Shown one piece after another: positions 17,966-27,022 of a stretch of 28,640 nucleotides of DNA; the stretch's first letter is position 1; each line of letters begins with the position of its first letter. Source of the DNA: a virus (taxonomy: Duplodnaviria > Caudoviricetes); IMG/VR virus record IMGVR_UViG_3300038675_000685, positions 1 to 28,640 of that record; one strand, given 5' to 3'. A program made the position numbers and the translations under genes. The notes under the pieces were generated by a model. The model was given only the letters and a program-made list of their open reading frames with translations, searched no databases and was not told the origin of the DNA.

Positions 17966-18741
17966 TGGGATTACAAAAAATAACATTTGAAGGTGGGAAT
18001 GTCACTGCAAAAGTCGATGCTGATTTATATCATTTCTTTAACTCATATGATGTTGGTATTTTAAAGAGTTTGAAGAATGAATGCTCGATGACACTAGCCA
18101 ACAATACAATTACGTTTCAAGATGGTTATGTTTCAATCTACGGTAGAGTCATCTATATGGAAAATCAAACAACGATCGGTGTGACACCAGACTCAAGTAA
18201 AAGTGGTTATGTCATTTTAGGTGTTAATACATCCACCAATGAAGTGAACTTATACTTAAAAGAACAAACAGGTGGCTATCCATCGCTGACGTTAACTAAC
18301 TTAATAAATAATGATGGGCTTTATGAATTTGTATTGTGTGCCTACACTAAAACAACAACTTCAGTCACTCTAAATCAAACCTATCAAAGGAAGTTTATCT
18401 TAAGTCCCAAGACGATTATTGATGATCTGGAACAAAGATTGTTCATAAAGTACATACCACAAAGAAAGACTCTAACCAAAGTGTCAAATGGTGTATACCA
18501 GTTCTTTGGAACAAGTTCAACGGAACTTATGGAATCATTAGTTTATGTGTTTATCAATAATACGACAGTAATTAGTTTTCCAGGAGATAGTCTGTTTATT
18601 TATGTGGGCTCAAATAGAAATGTGAGCTACAGATATGCTGGAGGCGATTATTCACTTTCAGTAGTTTATGAAAATGGTGTTGTCACATTATCTTGTGGGA
18701 ACACAACGCACAACATTACATCAGCTTACTTAAAAAAATAA
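17965..18741 (+). CDS. Baseplate / minor tail protein
   Basis: DADLY, GYVSIYGR, LINNDGLYEFVL; beta-rich; TAATG-coupled. Confidence 0.6.
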   Translation: MGLQKITFEGGNVTAKVDADLYHFFNSYDVGILKSLKNECSMTLANNTITFQDGYVSIYGRVIYMENQTTIGVTPDSSKSGYVILGVNTSTNEVNLYLKEQTGGYPSLTLTNLINNDGLYEFVLCAYTKTTTSVTLNQTYQRKFILSPKTIIDDLEQRLFIKYIPQRKTLTKVSNGVYQFFGTSSTELMESLVYVFINNTTVISFPGDSLFIYVGSNRNVSYRYAGGDYSLSVVYENGVVTLSCGNTTHNITSAYLKK

Positions 18742-18752
18742 GGAGGATTTAA

Positions 18753-19604
18753 ATGGCAACAATTCAAATTAAAAGAAGAACCTCTGCTGGGACAGGTCCA
18801 CTCGTTGGAACAACCGGTAGTGTAAAAGCCGGTGAACCATTAGTTGATTTTACTGGTGAGCATCTTTATATTGCAAAGGCAGATAAAACTGCATCTGTAT
18901 CCGTACCACTTGCAGATAGCGATTATTTAAAAATTCCATCTACAAGCAAGGTAGATACGCAAATTGATACAAAGATAACAGCTTTGGGTTTAGGGACAGC
19001 TGCAACTAAAAATACAGGAACAGGCAATGGCAATGTTCCTATACTTGATGCAAATGGAAAACTAGCTGATAGTGTTGTTCCAAAAATTGCGATGACAAAT
19101 ACATTTGTAGTTGCTTCACAGACAGCAATGCTAGCTTTATCGACCGCACAAGAAGGTGACGTTGCGGTTAGAACCGACTTAAACAAATCCTTTATTCTTA
19201 AGGCATCTCCATACTCGACCCTTGCAAACTGGCAAGAACTTTTAACACCAACAGATGCTGTTACGAGTGTAAATGGATCAACAGGTGCAGTTACAATTAC
19301 ACTTGCAGGTTTAGGTGGCGTTGCATCATCAACTTATAATACCCATGTGGCAAGTAACCTTCACTTAACAGAAACACAACGAAATGTTATCGCAAATATC
19401 ATGAACTCAAGAGTTGTTAGTGGTGCGGGATCTGATTTCTCTTTATCACAAGCAGCATTTGATGCAGCAGTCATTGGAAGTGGGCTGGTGATAAATCAAG
19501 TCATTGACTCAAACTACACACCACATATGATTAAGTATTCACTTGGTATTGATTCAAGTAAAGTATTACAACCTTCATCAATTATTGATGGTGGGACTTA
19601 TTAA
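18753..19604 (+). CDS. Tail fibre with Mtd/hyaluronidase-like N-terminal domain
   Basis: MATIQIKRR...GEP...LYI; LGLGTAATKNTG, VTSVNGSTGAV; ends IIDGGTY. Confidence 0.75.
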   Translation: MATIQIKRRTSAGTGPLVGTTGSVKAGEPLVDFTGEHLYIAKADKTASVSVPLADSDYLKIPSTSKVDTQIDTKITALGLGTAATKNTGTGNGNVPILDANGKLADSVVPKIAMTNTFVVASQTAMLALSTAQEGDVAVRTDLNKSFILKASPYSTLANWQELLTPTDAVTSVNGSTGAVTITLAGLGGVASSTYNTHVASNLHLTETQRNVIANIMNSRVVSGAGSDFSLSQAAFDAAVIGSGLVINQVIDSNYTPHMIKYSLGIDSSKVLQPSSIIDGGTY

Positions 19605-20284
19605 TGGCTATCATTAGGGTTAAAAGAGGAACAGCGAAACCCACTACTGCACAACTAAATTACTTAGGAGAATTAGCTTTTGATTATAACAATAATGCTC
19701 TCTATGCAAGAACACCATCATCAGTTGTCAAGATTGGTGGAGAATTAGAACTCGTTTATTCATATGAAGGTTATGCGTATACACTTACATTAAATTATGC
19801 TTTTGATCCAGATTATGTTTATAAGGTACATATTATATCTTCAACATATGGCGCATCAGCTGATATCTCGGACACTTATTTTTACTACAGAACTGCAGCA
19901 TCGTCGACTTTACTAGGCAGTTACCTGAACTATTATGCAAGTACAGAAAACAGTCTGTTCCAGACGAGAAGTGCTAAGAACACAACTGTTCAATATATCG
20001 AAGATAGCTATGAATCAGGGCCAACTATAACAAGCGGAATTACAAAAGTGATTTCATTTGATTTATCACCAACATTTAATGCATCCTTAAGTGATAATGT
20101 TCAATGGAATGCATATGGAAAAAGTGTAACAACTTTGTCAGGACAAGGTGATACAACAATTAAATCATGCGATTTTGTGCATTCAGTTAATGGTAATCTT
20201 GGACAGATTTATATCAATACAGGCTTAAATCTTGGTTCACCAGATAGTCTATCAGTTTCAATTTATCGAATGAAAAGAAAGTAG
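19604..20284 (+). CDS. Putative receptor-binding protein
   Basis: MAIIRVKRGT...LGELAFD...LY N-terminus plus Tyr/Ser-rich beta domain. Confidence 0.65.
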   Translation: MAIIRVKRGTAKPTTAQLNYLGELAFDYNNNALYARTPSSVVKIGGELELVYSYEGYAYTLTLNYAFDPDYVYKVHIISSTYGASADISDTYFYYRTAASSTLLGSYLNYYASTENSLFQTRSAKNTTVQYIEDSYESGPTITSGITKVISFDLSPTFNASLSDNVQWNAYGKSVTTLSGQGDTTIKSCDFVHSVNGNLGQIYINTGLNLGSPDSLSVSIYRMKRK

Positions 20285-20291
20285 GGATCAT

Positions 20292-20633
20292 ATGGCAATT
20301 ATTAAAGAATTAGATACTAAGTTTGGAGTACAGGCATCATATCATCGAATTACTGCATTCAATATCAGTTACACAAGAAAGAACATTGTTTTATGTGTCG
20401 CAACCTATCTATCAAAAGAAGCACGACAAAATCATAGTGAGGCCATTGAAGAAATTGATATTGAAATACCACAAAGTGATTTTAATACATTTTTAGAAAC
20501 GAATCCGATTGAACGTGGTTATCTATGGCTTAAAGAAAATGTGGTAGGCTTTGAAGACGCAGCAGATGACTTTGAAGTTGTAGATTCTATCTTAGAAGTA
20601 GCGAATTTAGAAAATGAAGAACCCGTTACTTAG
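20292..20633 (+). CDS. Small acidic tail-fibre-associated protein
   Basis: YHRI...YLSKEAR...YLWLK...FEDA; position after fibres. Confidence 0.55.
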   Translation: MAIIKELDTKFGVQASYHRITAFNISYTRKNIVLCVATYLSKEARQNHSEAIEEIDIEIPQSDFNTFLETNPIERGYLWLKENVVGFEDAADDFEVVDSILEVANLENEEPVT

Positions 20634-21255
20634 TCAAATAGAAGGGCTTTTTCCTACTTCAAAGATATTACTTGTCTATTATGGTGGTTCAATCGCATAC
20701 GGCTTACAAGATGATGAAAGTGATGAAGATATCACTGTTGTTCTTGATAACTTTAGTGGGAATATTCATTTAAATCTTGACATGGTTGATTTATTTGTGT
20801 TTTCAAGAGAACGGTTTATCCAAAGACAGCATTTTGATGAATCAATTACTTCATACTACAGAGCTAGTGCTGACAACTTAATGAGCATTGATTCAAATCT
20901 AATCCATCTTGATCCTTCATTTATAGATGAATTAGAAAGTATTAAAAACTGTGATTCGAAGGAATTCATGTTAAAACACTTAACATCGCAGATAGATTAT
21001 GGAAAAATGCGATTTGAAATCAATCAAAACTTAAAGTCTCATTATCATATCTTTCGTTTGAGAGGCATGATTGATAACTATGATAAAACCGGCCATTACA
21101 ATTTATCCGTATCAGAACCCTGGTATACAAAAATGATGGACTATAAACACAATTGGGATAACAAGATAGGGCAAAGCTATCTTGTGGAACTGGAAGCAGA
21201 ACTTCAGTACTTAATAGATTATAAAGATAGGATGATGGTTAGTGGATTGGGATAA
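20614..21255 (+). CDS. Pol-beta superfamily nucleotidyltransferase (RlaP/YcgL-like)
   Basis: GGSIAYG...SDEDITVV...VDLFV (GS, DxD, third Asp) plus helical KSHYHIFRL. Confidence 0.8.
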   Translation: MKNPLLSQIEGLFPTSKILLVYYGGSIAYGLQDDESDEDITVVLDNFSGNIHLNLDMVDLFVFSRERFIQRQHFDESITSYYRASADNLMSIDSNLIHLDPSFIDELESIKNCDSKEFMLKHLTSQIDYGKMRFEINQNLKSHYHIFRLRGMIDNYDKTGHYNLSVSEPWYTKMMDYKHNWDNKIGQSYLVELEAELQYLIDYKDRMMVSGLG

Positions 21256-21568
21256 TATAATTACATTTTTTAGAATGGAAAACTTGATCTATTGGATCGT
21301 AACGATGGTTGTGGTAATTTTAACGACAATTAAGCAATTCAATAGACAAGATAAAAAAAGCAAATCAAGCAATGATGAAATCTTGAATAACTTGCAAAAA
21401 ATTGATAGACAAAATGTCAAGATGCTCAACTTACTTGAAATGCACTCTCAGGATATCAGATCTTTAAAGAAGGATGTGAATATCTTAGAGCATCGTGTAT
21501 CCAGATTAGAGGATTCACAAGTTAATATTTATAAACGTCTAGGAGGGCAAAATAATGACAACACTTGA
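21242..21568 (+). CDS. Membrane protein, one TM plus coiled coil (holin/XhlA-like)
   Basis: LIYWIVTMVVVILTTI then heptad-rich C-terminus; GTG start. Confidence 0.6.
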   Translation: MDWDNIITFFRMENLIYWIVTMVVVILTTIKQFNRQDKKSKSSNDEILNNLQKIDRQNVKMLNLLEMHSQDIRSLKKDVNILEHRVSRLEDSQVNIYKRLGGQNNDNT

Positions 21569-22049
21569 AATTATATTACTAGTGATTAATATCGCTTTAT
21601 TAGCTTTATACATCACTTCAAAGCTTAAGGATAATAAAAGTCTTTCCTCAGTCATTAAAGAGGTTAAGGATGATATTAAACAGTCATCAGAAGTTGTAGC
21701 TGAACTCATTACAAAAGCAAAAGACATCGTGTTTGACGAGGCTGTTCAAAAAACGATAAAAGAGTTTATTATGATTGTTGAAGAGAAGAACCAACTTGCT
21801 AAATCTAAAGGTGAGGCATACTTAAATGGTGATGATAAAAAACATGCAGTTATTGGAAGACTGAGTGAATGGGTATCTAACTTGACAGGATCAACAGAAA
21901 AGGCAATTCACTTTGTTGAAGATAACCAAAGTAAGATTGAAACAATCATTGATGATTACATATCCTTTAGTAATAAAATGCATGGTAAATCAACGCTATC
22001 TGAAGCTGAGAAAATCATCGCTGAGAAATTGTTAACACAAAATAAATAG
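21555..22049 (+). CDS. Holin-like protein (LL-H family-like)
   Basis: N-terminal TM; GDDKKHAV...IETII resembles LL-H holins; last gene before the terminator. Confidence 0.6.
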   Translation: MTTLEIILLVINIALLALYITSKLKDNKSLSSVIKEVKDDIKQSSEVVAELITKAKDIVFDEAVQKTIKEFIMIVEEKNQLAKSKGEAYLNGDDKKHAVIGRLSEWVSNLTGSTEKAIHFVEDNQSKIETIIDDYISFSNKMHGKSTLSEAEKIIAEKLLTQNK

Positions 22050-22069
22050 AATTAGTTATAGAACAACAC

Positions 22070-22108
22070 AAAGCCATTGTATGAGTGAAATCATGCAATG
22101 GCTTTTTT
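22070..22108 (+). terminator. Late operon terminator
   Basis: AAAGCCATTGTATGA-gtgaaa-TCATGCAATGGCTTT (one G-U pair) plus T run. Confidence 0.88.
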
Positions 22109-22131
22109 GTATTTTTATAAATAATGAAATA

Positions 22132-22140
22132 TGATATACT
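22132..22140 (+). promoter_or_regulatory. Extended -10 promoter of the cargo island
   Basis: TGaTATACT ~33 nt upstream of ATG 22173. Confidence 0.55.
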
Positions 22141-22172
22141 CAAACTAATCAAACACAACTCTGGGGGTATGC

Positions 22173-22652
22173 ATGGATAATTATGAGATAGCTATGACAG
22201 GCGTAGAGATTGCATCTAAGATTTTAGGGATCAAAACGCCAGAGGTGCGTTTTTTTGTTAATGAAGATATTAATAATAAAGGCATCAATGCAGTATTTTT
22301 AAGAGATGATAATATAGTAGGTTTTAATGAAACCTGGTTAAACTCAGTAGAGTGGCTTGAAGTTATGGTTACATGCTTTCATGAATCCAGACATGCTTTT
22401 CAACATGAAGTTATCAATGCTAGATATAGCGGCAGTATAAAGATAGATTCTGCAACAAAAGAGCTATGGACTAAAGAAACAAATGATTATAAATCTAGAT
22501 TAAATGATAGTTCTGATGATGTCTATTTAATACAAGACCTAGAGTTAGATGCAATAGCATTTGCACATAAAATGATGATAGAGCATTTTGAAATTAAGAC
22601 TATTATTCCAGAAACTATTAAAAATTTGGTTTTAGAAAAACTTCAAACTTAA
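22173..22652 (+). CDS. Zincin metallopeptidase-like protein
   Basis: HESRHAFQ (HExxH) and distal ELDAIAFA. Confidence 0.75.
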   Translation: MDNYEIAMTGVEIASKILGIKTPEVRFFVNEDINNKGINAVFLRDDNIVGFNETWLNSVEWLEVMVTCFHESRHAFQHEVINARYSGSIKIDSATKELWTKETNDYKSRLNDSSDDVYLIQDLELDAIAFAHKMMIEHFEIKTIIPETIKNLVLEKLQT

Positions 22653-22662
22653 GAGGTGTTTT

Positions 22663-23703
22663 ATGATCTTAGATAGGGAAGAATTAAAAAAGATCTATGA
22701 TAAGCAAGATCAAATGGAATATAAGATGAATATGCTTTATATTGAAAAAGAAAAAGCATATGAAGCAATGTACAGTGCAATCAAGTCAATGCCAACTGAT
22801 GCCTTTTCTAAGGTTGGATTTGATACAAGTACTGGGTTCGATGGCTTTTCCAAATTATATGAGGATAAGAAAAAGTATAATAATTTAATTAAAGAGATGA
22901 GTAAAGAACCCCAGTATACAAATATGCAAAAAAGTGTTTCTGATTATGATCAAGCAAAATATGACTATTATCTATCATTTTATGAATATGTAAATCTAAT
23001 TCTGAAAGATAGAGAAAGACTGTTAGATGAAGAATATATTTTAAAGATTAAAGAATTAGGAGAAAAAGGCTGGTTCATATATTTTTTAAGAACTCCTGAC
23101 TTTCCTTTGTTCGAAAAAGTAGATGATTCTATCCACTATCTTTATCATTTATATTGTAGCAAAAATTATGAATGGCTAAAAAGATGGATACTACCATTAT
23201 TAAACACAAAAAACGGATTGCAAACAACACACGATATGAAAATTGATGATTTAACTGAAGCGATAAACTGTATGATTAATGGTGCTTATAGATCATGTGC
23301 TAGAACTCTTTTTGCACTTCTTGAAAATGAACATAGACTATGCAGTAATTTGTTGCCTAAGGCAAGAGGTATAGACAGAGCCAATAAAATCAATAAAAAT
23401 ATAGTTAATCTCAAAGTAGATTATTATTATGAAGCTTGGGAACAAATGAATGAGTATATTAAAATCTATAATCTTGACTTCACCAAAAATGACATATATG
23501 AGCTTAATAGAAATGAGCTAGCTCACGGAGAATACAAACGCAAAGTAACTGATAAGGATTGTTTAAAACTACTCTTTCTCTTAGCTTCATTTAAAGAGTT
23601 AACTTTTGTTGTTAGAAATAAAATTGAAATCGAAGAAGAATTCGGTAATGATTTGAGATTACATCTTTTAAAAGAAGGCAAATATGGAAAAAGTATTACT
23701 TGA
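22663..23703 (+). CDS. Coiled-coil protein with C-terminal HEPN domain
   Basis: AINCMINGAYRSC...LLE; NRNELAHG (R-x4-H). Confidence 0.7.
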   Translation: MILDREELKKIYDKQDQMEYKMNMLYIEKEKAYEAMYSAIKSMPTDAFSKVGFDTSTGFDGFSKLYEDKKKYNNLIKEMSKEPQYTNMQKSVSDYDQAKYDYYLSFYEYVNLILKDRERLLDEEYILKIKELGEKGWFIYFLRTPDFPLFEKVDDSIHYLYHLYCSKNYEWLKRWILPLLNTKNGLQTTHDMKIDDLTEAINCMINGAYRSCARTLFALLENEHRLCSNLLPKARGIDRANKINKNIVNLKVDYYYEAWEQMNEYIKIYNLDFTKNDIYELNRNELAHGEYKRKVTDKDCLKLLFLLASFKELTFVVRNKIEIEEEFGNDLRLHLLKEGKYGKSIT

Positions 23704-23763
23704 AATCGAATCTGAATTAAATGGATAAGTTTATTAACGACTTATGAATGGAGCTGTACAATT

Positions 23764-24951
23764 ATGGATAAGTACTTAACTGAAATTAATATTATCAAAG
23801 AAATCGTTGATGCAGATTTTGACGAAAAGTTAAAGATTTATCATAACTACTCAGACATTATTAATGATTACACAATAACTTTTGTTGACGAAGAATATGG
23901 CAAAGACAACTACAGATACATGTTAGATGTATTGAGGATTGATTCTAAACTTATTTTTTCTCCATTTCATGCAAACAAGCTTTTTACGTTGTATCCTGGG
24001 TTTGTAAGTCCTTTATCACCTTTAGCATATTTTTATGATATTTCACTTGATACCAGTGTAGTAAGTTACATCGATAGGTTTCAAAGGGGATTAGAACTTG
24101 AGACAAACTCATTAAGCATGGTAAGAGAGCTTGGAAAGCATAGAAGATTTGCTAGTACAGTAAATTTATCACCCTATTTAAATGAAAATTGCTTGTTTAA
24201 AGGAAGCGTTGATGAACTTCACATAGAAAACATTTATAACTTTTTCTTTTATCTAAATAAGTTTCATCACAAGTTCAATTGGGTTGCAAAAAGAAAATCA
24301 AAAAAAGCAACTGAATTAATAGTCAAGAACCAAGAACTCCTATTTAATAGCCCTCTCGCAGACAGATTTAAGCATCAATTCAAAATTATACATAGTACAA
24401 TGTTAAAAATGGCTTTGATAAACTTGTGCAAGGCGGATAAGAAAAGTAAGATTCTAACCCTATTGGATTTTATGGCTACAGATATAAAAGCAATGGATAT
24501 TTGCTTACTCGAAATATCAGCAATTTACTTTTTAAAAAAACAAGCATTATCCTTTTTTGGTAAGGTGCAAAAAGGAAATAGTAAAATATTGGAAACAATA
24601 AGAAATCTATCATGGGATATTTTTCATTTACGATATCAAGAGTTTTTACTCAGCATTAAACCAGTTAAGAGAGCTGATGTGAACCTTGTCCTCTTTTGTA
24701 CATTGGATAGAAGGTTGCTAGAAATTAAAGAGATTATTAAACTGAAAGCTGTTGCCTATAATTCGAAAACTTTAAACTATTATCCTTTCTATCAAAACGA
24801 ATCAGTCTCAAAACTACTATCTAAAGAGGAAATGAGTAAATATTTTAATGCTGAAAGTCATTTCGACCGTATTTCTAACAAAATGAAAATTGATTATGAT
24901 ACCTTAATATCAGACTTAGAACGAAAAGTTGAAAAAGAATATTCTAAATAG
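23764..24951 (+). CDS. PIN-like fold hypothetical protein
   Basis: ISLDTSVVSY, YLNEN, SWDIFHLR, FCTLDRRL. Confidence 0.5.
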   Translation: MDKYLTEINIIKEIVDADFDEKLKIYHNYSDIINDYTITFVDEEYGKDNYRYMLDVLRIDSKLIFSPFHANKLFTLYPGFVSPLSPLAYFYDISLDTSVVSYIDRFQRGLELETNSLSMVRELGKHRRFASTVNLSPYLNENCLFKGSVDELHIENIYNFFFYLNKFHHKFNWVAKRKSKKATELIVKNQELLFNSPLADRFKHQFKIIHSTMLKMALINLCKADKKSKILTLLDFMATDIKAMDICLLEISAIYFLKKQALSFFGKVQKGNSKILETIRNLSWDIFHLRYQEFLLSIKPVKRADVNLVLFCTLDRRLLEIKEIIKLKAVAYNSKTLNYYPFYQNESVSKLLSKEEMSKYFNAESHFDRISNKMKIDYDTLISDLERKVEKEYSK

Positions 24952-24986
24952 ATGCTTGAAATATAACTTGAATGGAGTAAACTAAT

Positions 24987-25952
24987 ATGGATAATTCATA
25001 CAAAGAGTTGAAAGGTAAAAAACTATACAAATATGTTTCACTATCTAATTGGGATTTTGAAAACATATTTAGCGAGCAACTATTTCTTCAAACTGCATCA
25101 TTTTTTAATGATGTTTTTGATTCAGCACCATTTTATTCAGAAGATGTATTTAACGTTATTTTAAAGTCTCATATAGATAATTTCGGAATGAATTTACCTG
25201 AATCTCTAAGCAGTAACCCACATTCAATTGATGACAAATTCAAAATTTACAGGAGTTACTTTAGAAACTTAAGAGACTCAGCTATAAAAGATTCTGCATT
25301 AATTTCTTGTTTCACTGAAGACAATCAAAGTAACATCATGTGGGCAAATTATGGAAATCTATATCAAGGTGCAATCTTGGAGTATGATGCAAGTGAACTA
25401 TTAGAAGCAGCAAACACACACCTTATTAATCTGAAACATAAAGGAATGTTTAATGTACATGATACTATTTTGAAACGTGGTCCTATGCTAGAAAAGGTGG
25501 TTTATTCAGAATTTCGTGCAGATATCTCGGATGAACTAATTAAAGCACACGATCTAGTTTCAAAGTATGGAGAGCCAGAGGATTATAACGATCCAAAATA
25601 CAATGAGATTAGGCTTGATGATGATTCATTTAAGAAACAGCAAAGATTAATGTTTTTCACAAAAGCTCTCGAATGGTCATATGAGAAGGAATGGCGATTA
25701 ATGATACCCAATTATTTCCCGGAAAAAGTATATCCAGGTACAAAACGAGGTAAAACATTAACTATAGGTATTAAACCGAAATCCATTATTTTAGGCTTCA
25801 AAATCCCACAAGATAAAGCAAAGAAATTAATTCAATTAGCAATTAGTAAGAAAATAGATTTGTTTGGATCCGGTCCTGATTATTTTTCAGATAAACCGAA
25901 AATATTAGTTGAGCCTCTAAAAGATGATTTTATTCGAGCGATTTTAAAATAG
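24987..25952 (+). CDS. DUF2971 domain protein
   Basis: LYKY, FNDVFD, SCFTE...MWANY...G..LEY, KALEWSYEKEWR, SIILG. Confidence 0.85.
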   Translation: MDNSYKELKGKKLYKYVSLSNWDFENIFSEQLFLQTASFFNDVFDSAPFYSEDVFNVILKSHIDNFGMNLPESLSSNPHSIDDKFKIYRSYFRNLRDSAIKDSALISCFTEDNQSNIMWANYGNLYQGAILEYDASELLEAANTHLINLKHKGMFNVHDTILKRGPMLEKVVYSEFRADISDELIKAHDLVSKYGEPEDYNDPKYNEIRLDDDSFKKQQRLMFFTKALEWSYEKEWRLMIPNYFPEKVYPGTKRGKTLTIGIKPKSIILGFKIPQDKAKKLIQLAISKKIDLFGSGPDYFSDKPKILVEPLKDDFIRAILK

Positions 25953-26077
25953 TAATACAATATTATGTAAGTCTAATTAGAATCACCATTAATATGATAT
26001 TCTGTATAGACATTGTGAGTTTCAAGGACTTTAGCAGAGAAAAACTCAGTATTTGCTGATAATAAAAGGTGTTGAAA

Positions 26078-26701
26078 ATGATAGAAGAAATTAAGAGATT
26101 ATATAGACAAATGGAACATTCCAGAAAAAGATTCAATCATTTTTATGAACTATTCAGAGAACTTATTGAAGAGTCGATATTAACTGAGCCAAATCAAGAC
26201 AATGAGTTTATGTTGATTGCTTTAGAGTATTACTCTAGCAATGCAATAAAAATAATCTATGAAATCTTTAATAATCAGAAGTTATCATACTTTAAAATAT
26301 TAAATGAGAGTACAGTAAATGATATGTTTGTTTTTCATGGAGTTCCAGAGGAGTATAAACATCCTTTTGATCTAGTTAATGCAGCGCTACTGATTAAACG
26401 GAAAAATAAAGTTTATTCAAGTGCGGAAAAGAGGACAATTGAGTTGTTCCATAAACTTAGGGAGATTAGAGATAAAGTGATTTGTCATTGTGATCCTGAT
26501 AATTTTGAAGTTAAACCATTTTTAGAATCAATCAATAATAATGTTTCTGAAGATGTGAGAGTAACAAAAAATCTTGAACTATACCTAAAGAATTTAAGAC
26601 ATCGGAAGAGTGTGATAGATGAGTATTATGAAATATTAAGCAAACTTTATGATATTATGATATCGAATGAGGTTGCAGAAAGCCTGTTCAAAACTAAATA
26701 A
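26078..26701 (+). CDS. HEPN-like protein (AbiU2-like)
   Basis: LREIRDKVICHCD (R-x4-H); SD AAAGGTG favours ATG 26078; possible TGaTATTCT promoter at 25995-26003. Confidence 0.6.
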   Translation: MIEEIKRLYRQMEHSRKRFNHFYELFRELIEESILTEPNQDNEFMLIALEYYSSNAIKIIYEIFNNQKLSYFKILNESTVNDMFVFHGVPEEYKHPFDLVNAALLIKRKNKVYSSAEKRTIELFHKLREIRDKVICHCDPDNFEVKPFLESINNNVSEDVRVTKNLELYLKNLRHRKSVIDEYYEILSKLYDIMISNEVAESLFKTK

Positions 26702-26726
26702 TCAATATAAATTGGAGGAACGTGTT

Positions 26727-26963
26727 ATGGCGAAAATTACCAAGTTAAATGTTACAAACGAGTTTTATGTAACAAGGAGTTGTGTATCAGAATGTATTGC
26801 AGAAGTGAATGTATACAAGCATTTTGGTGAATCTATGGTTCGTTTACAGACTTTTGGAAGCAGTGTCAGACAAGAAAAAGGAAAGCAAAGCCAAGTCTTA
26901 CATATTGATAAAAAGATAGCAATTGAACTTGTAAAAGTTCTGAAAGATACGTTTCAAATCTGA
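26727..26963 (+). CDS. Small hypothetical protein (78 aa)
   Basis: SD GGAGG before ATG 26727; LQTFGS..R...GK.SQ....D...A..L motif. Confidence 0.65.
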   Translation: MAKITKLNVTNEFYVTRSCVSECIAEVNVYKHFGESMVRLQTFGSSVRQEKGKQSQVLHIDKKIAIELVKVLKDTFQI

Positions 26964-27022
26964 TTAGTATAATTCAATTAACATATGTTTAACAAGATCA
27001 TTAATAGGCTAGGTAAGCAAAT

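Noticed and set aside
18753-20284. Diversity-generating retroelement suggested by Mtd-like N-termini
   Set aside because: No reverse transcriptase and no TR/VR repeat pair seen in the window
57-21727. Other short minus-strand or nested ORFs (57-359, 1612-2452, 5492-5743, 7289-7480, 9297-9503, 10091-10354, 13661-13858, 16238-16423, 18923-19186, 21539-21727)
   Set aside because: Overlap well-supported + strand genes and show no recognisable features
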